The translations under genes and the position numbers were made by a program. Positions 40,213 to 52,222 of a DNA stretch of 64,000 nucleotides are shown one piece after another (the stretch's first letter is position 1; each line of letters opens with the position of its first letter). Origin of the DNA: an uncultured Phycisphaerales bacterium (lineage in GTDB: Bacteria > Planctomycetota > Phycisphaerae > Tepidisphaerales > Tepidisphaeraceae); the NCBI GenBank assembly GCA_963844715.1, contig CAWJPJ010000008.1, positions 256,001-320,000 of the forward strand, given 5' to 3'. The notes under the pieces were generated by a model, which was given only the letters and a program-made list of their open reading frames with translations, made no database searches and was not told the origin of the DNA.

Positions 40213-42111
40213 TTATGGGGGGGAGGAGGGTTGGGTGGCGGCGGCGGCGCGGAATTTGGTTAGTTGGGCTTCCATGAAGGTGTCGCCGGGGGTGAGTTGT
40301 AGGGCGCGGGATTCGAGTTCGACGGCTTTTTGGGCGTGGCCCAGGCGATAGTTGACGTCGGCTAGGGTGTCGATGACGGCGGAGTCCTGGGGGAGCTTGG
40401 CGACGGCTTGGGTGGCCCAAACGAGGGCTTCGGGGAGATGTTCGCTCGTTTCGGCGCAGAGCCAGGCGATGCCGTTGAGAAGTTCGGGGTCGTCAGGGTG
40501 GGCGTCGAGTTTGGCTTTTTCTTCGGTGAAGGCGGTGTTGAAAAGTTTCGAGGCGGCGTCGAATTGGCCGCGTTGTTTTAGGAGGGGGACGGCGTCGATG
40601 GCGATGTCCATGGCGGTTTGGGCGTCGGTGGCTTTCAGCTCGAGGAGATCGTTGAGCTGTTTGGTGACTTCGGCGTTGTCGTGTTTTGCCTGGGCGGCGC
40701 GGATGCAGCGCCAATGGACTTCGGCCCAGATGTCTTGTCTGGAGACGTAGATTAAGTTGCCGCGGCCGTCCGTACGGGTGAGGTTGCCGTCGCCCGCGCG
40801 AAGGGCGAGTTCGGTATTTTTGGCGGCTTCGAAATCATCGCCGCGGCGGACGGCCATGGCGGCGAGTTGGAATCTTGCGTCGATGATCTGGGGTTGGTTG
40901 CCGTCGGGGTCGGGAGTCATTTGGAGGATTTGATTGAATTCGGGTTGGGCGAGGTCGTCCCAGCCGTGGTCGACGAGGAAGGAGCCGACATTAATTCGCT
41001 CGGTTTGGGTGTGAGAAGCGGCGAAGGCGGCGGCGCGAGCGGCGGCGGCGTCCTTGGGTTTGGACTGGTGAGCGTAAAGCAGTGAAAGGCTGTATTCGAT
41101 TTTGGGGGTTTGCGCGGCGGAACCGGCGAGTTGGAGATCGTTGTCGAGGCCGGGGAGGGGGCCGTAATCGGCCTGGAGGGCGAAGAGTTCCAACAGCGGA
41201 AGGGGGATTCCGGATTCGTCGGTTGTCGAGCCGCGGGCGTATTGCTTGCGGCGGAGATCGGCGGCGGCGGCATAATTTTTGTCCGCGACATCGAAATCGC
41301 AGAGGAGATCGACGACATAATCGAATTCGCTGTCGTCGCAGGGATTGGCGAATTCCAGATCGGCGCAGCGGGCGAGGAGCTTGCGGGCCTGGTCGGGGTC
41401 GGTTTCGAGACGCGCGTAGGCGCCGAGGGCGAGGAGGGGCGGATCGTTTTCAGTCGGCTGGATGTCGCGGAAGCGCGAGAGGAGATCGGCGTCGCCCATG
41501 CGGCGGAATTGGCCGGCGATGGTCCAGCGGACATCGACACTGGGGTCTTCGGCGAGGAGGCGGGCGAGGACATCGAAGACGGCGGGATCGTCGCGGAGCG
41601 CCGCGCGGTCATCACCGGCGCGCTTGCCGCGCTGTGCGGCGGGATCGGTGAGCGGGGCGGCCAGTTCGCCGGTGATAATCTGGCGGCGCTGATTGATGTC
41701 GGGGTTGCCGTAATGGCGGAGGATGTCCTGAATGGCGGCGGGATCGGAGGGGAGATACCAGGGCATCTGGAGGAGGATTTGTGCGGCGCGGTCGCGGAGG
41801 TCGGGGTCGTCGCCGCGGGCGGCGCGGAGGACGGCGGGGCGCGCGGGGCGTCCGATTTTGAGGAGATCGACGGCGGCGGCGCTGCGCTGGACGGCGTCCT
41901 CGCTGGCGAGCTGGTCGATCAGAGTATCGATGCGGGTTGGGACGCCTTGCGGGGGCGCGACGGCGAGGCAAAATGAGGCGGAAAGCAGGACCAGACTTAT
42001 CGAAAAAACGGTCCTAAAATAGGTGAGAACGGGAGAAAATCCCGCAGTTCTTTTAAGGCCGCCGGCGTGGCAATCCGGCGGAATTCTGCGATAATGTTTG
42101 GTTCGTTTCAT
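40213..42111 (-). CDS. Exported HEAT/TPR repeat protein (start uncertain)
   Basis: Signal-like VFSISLVLLSASFCLA; HEAT-like LIDQLASED..RSAAAVDL; TPR LNGIAW..DTLA..KAVELE. Confidence 0.75.
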   Translation of the reverse strand: MKRTKHYRRIPPDCHAGGLKRTAGFSPVLTYFRTVFSISLVLLSASFCLAVAPPQGVPTRIDTLIDQLASEDAVQRSAAAVDLLKIGRPARPAVLRAARGDDPDLRDRAAQILLQMPWYLPSDPAAIQDILRHYGNPDINQRRQIITGELAAPLTDPAAQRGKRAGDDRAALRDDPAVFDVLARLLAEDPSVDVRWTIAGQFRRMGDADLLSRFRDIQPTENDPPLLALGAYARLETDPDQARKLLARCADLEFANPCDDSEFDYVVDLLCDFDVADKNYAAAADLRRKQYARGSTTDESGIPLPLLELFALQADYGPLPGLDNDLQLAGSAAQTPKIEYSLSLLYAHQSKPKDAAAARAAAFAASHTQTERINVGSFLVDHGWDDLAQPEFNQILQMTPDPDGNQPQIIDARFQLAAMAVRRGDDFEAAKNTELALRAGDGNLTRTDGRGNLIYVSRQDIWAEVHWRCIRAAQAKHDNAEVTKQLNDLLELKATDAQTAMDIAIDAVPLLKQRGQFDAASKLFNTAFTEEKAKLDAHPDDPELLNGIAWLCAETSEHLPEALVWATQAVAKLPQDSAVIDTLADVNYRLGHAQKAVELESRALQLTPGDTFMEAQLTKFRAAAATQPSSPP

Positions 42112-42139
42112 ATCACCCGGAAACAGGCAGGTGGGGTGA

Positions 42140-44641
<2,502 letters not shown>

Positions 44642-44647
44642 AACGGA

Positions 44648-44679
44648 TAGTTGCCAGTTGCTAGTTGCCAGTTGCCAGT
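44648..44679. repeat. AGTTGCC heptamer tandem x4 after the gyrB stop
   Basis: tagttgccagttgctagttgccagttgccagt. Confidence 0.85.
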
Positions 44680-44698
44680 GATCGGCGGAAGACCAGTC

Positions 44699-45095
44699 AT
44701 GAGGCGTTCAAACGCAATCGCCGCGCTTGCCGTAATTGCGTTTGTTCTTTTTGTTTTTTGGGCTCACCGATGTAATTCCACCGCGGGCGATGACTCGGAC
44801 CAGAATGTTTGTGACGGCCGATCGCATTGGTTATTATTTCTCCGGCCACAAATGTCTGCCTTCGAACTTAGGCGCACTGCCGCCGCGCGCGGGTGACGCG
44901 GGACAAGCCACGGACGTTTGGGGGCATCCGATTCAGTATGTAGTCGATGGGAATGACTCTTTTACACTGGTCAGCTTGGGACGCAATGGAGTTGTCGGCG
45001 GCTCGGGTGACGATGCGGACATCGTTGAGCGGTATCAAATCGTCAGGGGGCAAGCGCAGGAAATTCCGCCTTCGACGCGCAATGGAAACCAATGA
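44699..45095 (+). CDS. GspG-like pseudopilin C-terminal domain protein (probable frameshift near 44770)
   Basis: N-terminal TM in 44699 frame; DVWGHPIQY..FTLVSLGRNGVVGGSGDDADI. Confidence 0.7.
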
Positions 45096-45466
45096 CTGAA
45101 CGAGTTCGTAAATCCAGAATCATCCGCTGCACTGCGCGAGGGCTGCGAGCGAGTACGAAAAAAGAGCTGGATGAGCTTGAGCGGTTGATGGATAAGCCCG
45201 TGGACACTTCGGACATACCGGAGATGAATTTCGTGAAACGGCCGTTCAGTCAGATTCGCGCGGCGATTGTGCGTGAATTGCACCGGCAAGGCCTGACCGC
45301 ATACCGGCTTTGGAAGCTGGCCAATCGATTTTCGCCGAGGCTTCCTGAATCGGCGGTGTACGAATTCCTCGCGAATAAGCGATCGGTGCGGGTTGATTAC
45401 GCCGACGCGATGCTTCGGGCGCTGGGAATTGAATTGACTGTGCCGAAGCGCAAGCGGGCAGGCTGA
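45092..45466 (+). CDS. Antitoxin-like DNA-binding protein (DTSDIPE motif plus Cro/XRE-like HTH)
   Basis: PVDTSDIPEM; ELHRQGLTAYRLWK..ESAVYEFL..ADAMLRALG. Confidence 0.65.
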   Translation: MTERVRKSRIIRCTARGLRASTKKELDELERLMDKPVDTSDIPEMNFVKRPFSQIRAAIVRELHRQGLTAYRLWKLANRFSPRLPESAVYEFLANKRSVRVDYADAMLRALGIELTVPKRKRAG

Positions 45467-45591
45467 GCCATCCGCATCACAACTGGATCGCGCGAACGGC
45501 CCCCACCCCGCCCTCCCCTGGAGTACCGGGGGAGGGGGAAAGAGGGGGCGGGGATTTCGGTGAGATTCCGCTGGATCGATTTCGAAAATTT

Positions 45592-46266
45592 TCACGGAGC
45601 CGACGCCAACTGCTTCGCGACCTCGGCTAAGTTCTGGTGGGCGAGTTCACAGGCGTAATCCACTTCGATCGTTTTTCGATAGGCTTGGATTTTTTTGAGG
45701 GGGTCGGGCTCGGCATCGGCGGCGGCCAGGAATGGGGCGTGCAGGCGCTCCCAGAGGTTCATCACTTCGCTGTAATCGGGTCGGGGCAGTTCGTTTTTTT
45801 TCAGAATCAGGCTGTGGGGGGGAAATTGGTCGTGCGAGATTTGGTCGGTTTCGGTTGGGACGATTACCACGACATCAAACGGTTTTTTGGGGAAGACCGC
45901 GGCGAGGAGGGTCTCTGCATATTGGGCGCGGTCTCGCTGCAAACGGCGGAGTTCGATGGCGGGTTGGATGGTGCCCCATCCTGCGACGAGGAACTGGCCT
46001 TGGGGGAATTGGGGAGCGATTTTTTCGGGGTCTAGTTTGTCATCGGGGGATTTGGCGATCAGGTCCAGGCGGATGGTTCCTTCGCCGCAGCGCTGGCGGC
46101 GCTGGCGGCGGGCTTCCTGCAGGGGCATGTACAGGCGCGCGAGGGCGTCGAAATCGTTTTGGGCGAGGGCCAATTGCTCGGCGCGGACGAGGGTGAGTTC
46201 GGCCTGCAGGTATTCCATGGCCATAAGCTGTTCCTGGCCTTGTTCGCAGAGGGATTGGATATCCAT
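45592..46266 (-). CDS. Hypothetical protein
   Basis: 224-aa ORF with minus-strand codon usage; TAAAAT 7 nt before ATG. Confidence 0.8.
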   Translation of the reverse strand: MDIQSLCEQGQEQLMAMEYLQAELTLVRAEQLALAQNDFDALARLYMPLQEARRQRRQRCGEGTIRLDLIAKSPDDKLDPEKIAPQFPQGQFLVAGWGTIQPAIELRRLQRDRAQYAETLLAAVFPKKPFDVVVIVPTETDQISHDQFPPHSLILKKNELPRPDYSEVMNLWERLHAPFLAAADAEPDPLKKIQAYRKTIEVDYACELAHQNLAEVAKQLASAP

Positions 46267-46381
46267 TGGGTGGATTTTAGTCGCATGTCAATGGAATCGC
46301 GCGGCCCCTCCCGTCGTGCCGAAACTAGCGGAAGGGAACAGGGAGTGCTCCCCCGGAGCACCGGGGGCGGGGGAATAAGGA

Positions 46382-46978
46382 TTAGCCGATTGAAGTGCGG
46401 AGGGCTGCGACGGCTTGGCGCCATTGGGCGCTGATCTGGGTGGTGTCGTAGACGAGCAGGTCCACGAGGGTGACGTAGTCGCGGTTTTCCAGGGCGGATT
46501 TGATCATCTTGAGCTGGGTGGCGACGTCGTTCAGCAGATCAGCGAGGGATCGGTCGGAGAGACGGATTTTATCGAGGCTGATTTTGGTGATCTGGGCGGC
46601 GCCGGCGAGGGAATCCTGGGCGTGCTGCCAGGCGCCGAAGCAGGCGGCCAGCTTTTGCATGGCCTTGTTGGGTTGATTTTTTTGGAGGAGATCGACGGCC
46701 TGGTTCTTCATGGTTTCGGCTTCATCGAGTTGGGCGGCGACTTGTTCGAGGACCTCGGCGGCCATGCGGCGCGGGTCGGTGGTTTCGATGAAGATGGAAC
46801 GCTCGCCGATGGGGCTTTTGCGGACGTCGCCGAGGCGGTCGAGATCGGGTTCTTCGCCGTCGATGACGATGTTGACGACGAGGCGGTTTTTGGTTTTGAG
46901 ATGGGCGAGGACCTGGCCGACGGTTTGGAGGCCGAGTTCGTCCGTTTGGAGGGGGGAATCGTCGACGGTTACGGGCAT
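46382..46978 (-). CDS. Hypothetical protein
   Basis: 198-aa ORF; GAGGAG RBS upstream. Confidence 0.8.
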   Translation of the reverse strand: MPVTVDDSPLQTDELGLQTVGQVLAHLKTKNRLVVNIVIDGEEPDLDRLGDVRKSPIGERSIFIETTDPRRMAAEVLEQVAAQLDEAETMKNQAVDLLQKNQPNKAMQKLAACFGAWQHAQDSLAGAAQITKISLDKIRLSDRSLADLLNDVATQLKMIKSALENRDYVTLVDLLVYDTTQISAQWRQAVAALRTSIG

Positions 46979-47082
46979 TGGTGTTGCTCCTCTAGAGCGG
47001 CAGACCGCTCTAGCCGGAGATATATCGGCGTGAATGAGGCGGGCGCGTGAATGGGTCCGATAAAGAGGCGTTTTTGAGGAAT

Positions 47083-47922
47083 CTAGGCGGTTTTGACGGG
47101 GTGGGGCTGGGCTTGGGCGGGCGGGGCCGGCGGGGGTTTGGCGGAGGGGAGAAAGACGGTGAAGGTGGTTCCCTTGCCGACTTCGCTTTCGACTTGGATT
47201 CGGCCGTGGTGGTGTTCGACGATTTCCTTGCAGATGGTGAGGCCCAAGCCGGTGCCGTGGGCTTCGTCGGCGCGGGCGGTGCCTTTGGTGGTGAAGAAGG
47301 GTTGGAAGATTTTGGGCATGAGCTTTTCGGGGATGCCGGGGCCGCTGTCGATGACCTGGATTTTGACCTGGTCTTCGACCAGCGCCGCCTTGATGGTGAG
47401 GGAGCCGCCTTTGCCGAGCATGGCCTGGCGGGCGTTGATGAGGAGGTTGAGGAGGACCTGCTCGACCTGTACGCGGTCGGCGTTGACGTAGAGATCGGGC
47501 TGAATCTGGACGCGGAGGGCGATGCCGTCTTTTTGCGGGTCGCGGGCCAGAACGATGAGGGTCTCTTCGACGATCCCCTGGATGGAGACGGCGTCAAAAG
47601 AGGACTGCCCGCGCGCGAGGCTGAGCATGGAGGCGCAAATTTTTCCGGCCTTCTCGGCGCTGACGAAAGCCTTGGAGAGGGCTTTGCAGATGAGGGGCAT
47701 ATCGGGCTTGTCGCTCTGGGCGCTCTGAAGGGCGAACTGGGAATAGCTGACGATGGGGGTGAGGAGGTTGTTGAACTCGTGGGCGATGACGGCGGCGATG
47801 GTGCCGATGGTCGCCAGTCGCTGCGACTCCATGAGCTGATGGTGGAGCTGATCGAGCTGTTTTTGCGCCTGGTCGAGCTGCTGAAGGACGGCTTGCTCGG
47901 GAGTGGGCTTTGAATCGGTCAC
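47083..47922 (-). CDS. Cytoplasmic histidine kinase
   Basis: IAHEFNNLL, QVLLNLLINARQAM, DSGPGI, PFFTTK, GTGLGL. Confidence 0.92.
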   Translation of the reverse strand: MTDSKPTPEQAVLQQLDQAQKQLDQLHHQLMESQRLATIGTIAAVIAHEFNNLLTPIVSYSQFALQSAQSDKPDMPLICKALSKAFVSAEKAGKICASMLSLARGQSSFDAVSIQGIVEETLIVLARDPQKDGIALRVQIQPDLYVNADRVQVEQVLLNLLINARQAMLGKGGSLTIKAALVEDQVKIQVIDSGPGIPEKLMPKIFQPFFTTKGTARADEAHGTGLGLTICKEIVEHHHGRIQVESEVGKGTTFTVFLPSAKPPPAPPAQAQPHPVKTA

Positions 47923-47990
47923 GTCTGCAATCTATCGGTCGGAGGCGGGGCACCGCTGCATAACGCGCATCCGTGTTACATTGATGGATT

Positions 47991-49730
47991 ATGGGACGGT
48001 ATCGATGGGGTTGGTATCTGGTGGCGGGAGCGCCGGCGCTGATTCCGCTGATATTGATTTTTCGTTACGGGGTGAATTTTCATTACTACGACGAGTGGGC
48101 GCCCGACATGGCGGGGGTGCTGATCAAGGCGCACAGCGGCCAGCTCACGCTGGGCGATATTTTTGCACAGCACAACGAGCATCGGCCGGCGCTGACGCGA
48201 TTGATCTGGGTGGCGATGGATCCGATCACGCATTGGAACAATATTTCGAATCTGATCGTGTCGTGGCTGGTGGTGGTGGGGACTTCGTTCTTGATGGGGC
48301 TGCTGATCCGCAAATCCCAGGTTCGCGGGGGGCTGGTTGTTTGGTTTCTTTGTAACTTGCTGCTTTTCTCGCCCGCGCAGAATGAGAACTGGTTGTGGGG
48401 AATAGGGTTGGCGAATTTTTTGCCGGGGTTTTTCTTTTTGGCGGCGATTTTGGCGGCGCGCTCGCGGCAAGGGATGGCGGTTCGACTGGCGGCTTGTCTG
48501 GGGCTGGCGGGACTGGCGACGGTTTCATTAGGGAGCGGACTTTTGGTTTGGCCTCTGGCGGGTTTGCTGCTGCTTTGGCCGAGGGAGGATGCGTTGGGAG
48601 TGAAAGAAGTTGGGGAGAGGTCGGCGCGGGCGGGGCGTGTGTGGGCGGGACTGGTATGGGTGGCGGCATGGGCGGGGATGATGGCGCTGTATTACCGGGG
48701 ATATGAGCGGCCGACGTTCGACATGAACCCGTACGACCGAACGTTTTGGACGATCTGCGATTGGACGTTGGCGTTCATGGGGTCCTGGTTTCCGCAATTA
48801 CAGGGGCCCGGCGTGTTCTGGGGGCGCATGATCGTGGGGGGAGCGATCGGGTTTGGGGCGGTCGCGGCGGGATTCTATTTTGTGGTGAAACTGCGGATGT
48901 TGGACGAGCGAATGCTGCCTTGGCTTGCGGTGGCGGCGTATGGAATCGCCAGCGGACTGATCGCCGCATTTTTTCGTGCGGGGTTCGGATCGAGCCAGGC
49001 TGTAAGCTCGCGGTACGTCACGCCGGCGGTTTACATTCCGATCGGGCTGATCAATCTGATTGCACTCATGGGCCCTGGGCGGATGTGTAGATTTGCGAAG
49101 GGGGGTTTGGGGCTTGCGCTGGTCATTTCGCAGATTTTGATATTCCCGGCCGCGATGGAGGAAGGGCGATCGCGGGAGCTTATCTTTCGACTCGGGAAGG
49201 GGGCGTTGTTGCTGATCAATATTGTTCCGGACAATCCGCAGTCGCAGTATTTCGGGCATTACACGGCGCAGGGGTTAGTGGGGACGGCCAATGCGCTCGA
49301 TGCGATTGGGGACCTACAGCCGCCGCTGCTGACGTCGAACGACGCCGGGCGGATCGCGCAAGAATGACGGGGGGCGGCGGGATGTGGCGGGGGCGATCGA
49401 CGGGTCGACGAGGCTTTCCGCAACGCAGGTGGGGGCGCGCGGGTGGGCGATTTTTCCGAAGCTGGGGCGGGCCGCGACATGCGTTTTTTTGACGTACGTG
49501 GGCGCGAATGGGAGGCCGATCATTTTGGAGCGGCAGAAATGAGATTCCGGCGCGACGATCTGGCGGACATTATTCCGGAGGGGGATCTTCGCTTTTGCGG
49601 GTGGCAGGCGACTTTGAATACGGGGGAGATTCCGGCGTCGATTCACTCGACGTTTATCGAGGCATGGGTTTTGGATGAGGAGACCGGGCGGGCGACGCCG
49701 CTGGATCGCCCCGTGCGGTTTGAGCGATAG
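47991..49730 (+). CDS. Polytopic membrane protein, putative GT-C glycosyltransferase, paralog 1 (frameshift near 49365)
   Basis: HYYDEW, FAQHNEHR, SPAQNENW, SSRY; C-terminal RRDDL..GW domain continues past the frameshift. Confidence 0.75.
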
Positions 49731-49790
49731 GGTCATGGACCCGCAGGTTCAGCGATTTGCGGGCGCGCTTCCGTGGTACATTGGGCGGCT

Positions 49791-51506
49791 ATGGGACGGC
49801 ATCGATGGGGATGGTATCTGGCGGCGGGCGCGCCGGCGCTGGTGCCGCTGATCATGATTCTTCGGTATGGGGTGAACTTTCATTACTTCGACGAGTGGAT
49901 GCCGGACATGGCGGGGGCGCTGATCAAGGCTCATAACGGTCAGCTTACACTGGGCGATATTCTGGCGCAGCATAACGAGCATCGGCCGGCGGTGATGCGA
50001 TTGATCTGGGTTGCGCTCGATCCGATCACGCATTGGAACAATGTCGCGTATCTGGTCGTGGCGTGGGCGATGGTGGCGGCGACGTCGGGGCTGGTGTTGC
50101 TCCTGATTCGCAAGACGCAAGCGCGCGCGGGGGCGGCCGTGATTTGGTTTCTTTGCAACCTTTTGATCTTCTCGCCGGCGCAGCATGAGAACTGGCTGTG
50201 GGGGATGGGGCTGACGAATTTTTTACCGGCGTTTTTTTTCATGGCGATGGTGGTGATTGCGATATCGAAGCGGTCGATTTGGGTTCGGGTGATTTGTTGT
50301 CTGCCGCCGGCGGTGCTGGCTTTTTATTCTTTGGGGAACGGGATATTGGCGTGGCCCTTGGGCGGATTGCTGCTGGTTTGGCCGCGCGGAGATTCATCGG
50401 CTGTGAAGCGGTTTTGGGCGGGGGTGATTTGGGCGATCGGAGGGGCGGGGACGATCTATCTTTATTATCACGGTTATCATCGGCCGACATTTGGCGCCAG
50501 TCCTTATATCCGGACATTTCCGGCGATATCGATATGGACGCTGGCGTTTGCGGGGTCGCCTTTCCCGCACTGGCAGCCGGCGGGGGTGGAGACGGATCGG
50601 ATTGTGTTTGGAGGGGCGATTATGGCGGGGGTGGCGGCGGCGGTGGTTTATGCCTTCCTGAAGCCTCGGGAGGTTTCGGGGCGGATGCTGCCTTGGATTG
50701 TGGTGGCGGGGTTTGGATTGCTGAGCGGAGTGAGCGCGGCATTTTTCCGGGCGGGGTTTGGGCCGGAACAGGCGGTGAGTTCGCGGTATGTTTCGTCGGC
50801 GATTTACGTTTCGATTGGGTTGATCAATCTGGTGGCGATTGTGGCGGAGGGGAAGCGATTCAAATTGGCGAAGGTGGGACTGGCGGGTGCGCTGATCGCG
50901 TCGCAGGTTTTGTTTTTTCCCGGCGCGATGGAAATCGCGAGGGGGCGGGAGATTCGGTATCGGCTGGGGAAGGGGGCGCTATTGCTGCTGAACGTGGTGC
51001 CGCACACGCCGGAGAGCGCTTATATCGGGGTGTATGAGCCGCCGGGCTTGGTTGAGACGGCCAATGCGCTGAGTGAGATCGGAGACGTGCGGCCGCCGCT
51101 GCTAACCTCGAACAATGCGGCGCTGATCGCTCGGCGGAATGACGGGAGCGTGCATGATGTCGCGGGGGCGATTGATGGGTTTGACAGGCGGACGGCGGCG
51201 CAGGTGCGGGTGCGCGGGTGGGCGATTTTTCCCAAAGTGCCTCGGGCGGCGACTTGCGTGTTCCTGACGTATCGCGATGCGGCGGGAGAGCCGATCATTT
51301 TCGCGGCGGCGCAGATGAGATTCCGGCGGGATGATCTGGCGGCGATTATTCCGGAAGGGGAACTTCGCATTTGCGGGTGGGAGGCGATTTTTGATCCGGG
51401 GGAGATTCCTGCGGCGATTCAGTCGACATTTATCGAGGCGTGGGTTTTGGATGAGGATACGGGGCGGGCGACGCCGCTGGATCGTCCCGTGCTGTTTCAT
51501 CGCTAG
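49791..51506 (+). CDS. Polytopic membrane protein, putative GT-C glycosyltransferase, paralog 2
   Basis: HYFDEW, LAQHNEHR, SPAQHENW, SSRY, C-terminal GWA...RRDDL...GW domain. Confidence 0.8.
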   Translation: MGRHRWGWYLAAGAPALVPLIMILRYGVNFHYFDEWMPDMAGALIKAHNGQLTLGDILAQHNEHRPAVMRLIWVALDPITHWNNVAYLVVAWAMVAATSGLVLLLIRKTQARAGAAVIWFLCNLLIFSPAQHENWLWGMGLTNFLPAFFFMAMVVIAISKRSIWVRVICCLPPAVLAFYSLGNGILAWPLGGLLLVWPRGDSSAVKRFWAGVIWAIGGAGTIYLYYHGYHRPTFGASPYIRTFPAISIWTLAFAGSPFPHWQPAGVETDRIVFGGAIMAGVAAAVVYAFLKPREVSGRMLPWIVVAGFGLLSGVSAAFFRAGFGPEQAVSSRYVSSAIYVSIGLINLVAIVAEGKRFKLAKVGLAGALIASQVLFFPGAMEIARGREIRYRLGKGALLLLNVVPHTPESAYIGVYEPPGLVETANALSEIGDVRPPLLTSNNAALIARRNDGSVHDVAGAIDGFDRRTAAQVRVRGWAIFPKVPRAATCVFLTYRDAAGEPIIFAAAQMRFRRDDLAAIIPEGELRICGWEAIFDPGEIPAAIQSTFIEAWVLDEDTGRATPLDRPVLFHR

Positions 51507-51509
51507 CGC

Positions 51510-52130
51510 TCATTTTTCAGAATCGCCGGGGAGGGCTTTTTGGGGGAGGTCCTGGAAGGCGACTTTGCCATTGGAATAAGTGAGGACCCAGACGCGATCG
51601 TAGACCCGGGGGTTCCATGATTTGGGGGAGTCGGCGCCGAGGGCTTGGGCGAGGGCGGGGAGTTTGCCGTGATGCCAGCAGATGAGGATGGTCTTGGCGG
51701 AGTATTTCGGATCGGTGAGGAGATCGTGGGCGAGGTTGGCGAAATCGGCGCTGGCGTAGGGATCGAGGATGGGCATGTTAAGAGCTTTTGCCAAGGGCGT
51801 GACGGTTTCGATCGGTCGGTTGCTGTGCTTTGACGGGGCGGTGGCGAAGATGAAATCGGGAGTGCAGAAGTGATCGGGGATGACATGAACCAGGGCCTTG
51901 GCGCGCTCGATGCCCTTGGGAGTGAGGTTGGGGTCGGGATTGGAATCGGCGTCGGAATCGGAATTCGAATCGGAATCGGGCTTTTCGGCGTGGCGGATAA
52001 TGTAGATGGCCTTGGGACCCGCGGGATCCGCCGGAGCCGTCGTGTCGGCGGCGAACCCCTGGTTTCCTATCAAAAATAGGCCCGTTGCCAGGAGTGCAAG
52101 AAGAAGGAAACGGCGGCGGGAAATCGGCAT
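51510..52130 (-). CDS. Tat-exported histidine phosphatase family protein
   Basis: SRRRFL twin-arginine signal; IIRHAEKP; RPIETVTPLA; ICWHH. Confidence 0.85.
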   Translation of the reverse strand: MPISRRRFLLLALLATGLFLIGNQGFAADTTAPADPAGPKAIYIIRHAEKPDSDSNSDSDADSNPDPNLTPKGIERAKALVHVIPDHFCTPDFIFATAPSKHSNRPIETVTPLAKALNMPILDPYASADFANLAHDLLTDPKYSAKTILICWHHGKLPALAQALGADSPKSWNPRVYDRVWVLTYSNGKVAFQDLPQKALPGDSEK

Positions 52131-52222
52131 TGAAGACCTCGTTTAGAGAGCGGGGACGGAGGTTTATCGCTGTTTACGGCGCGATTTTCAACCCATGCGT
52201 TGTTTCGGCTACATTGACGATC

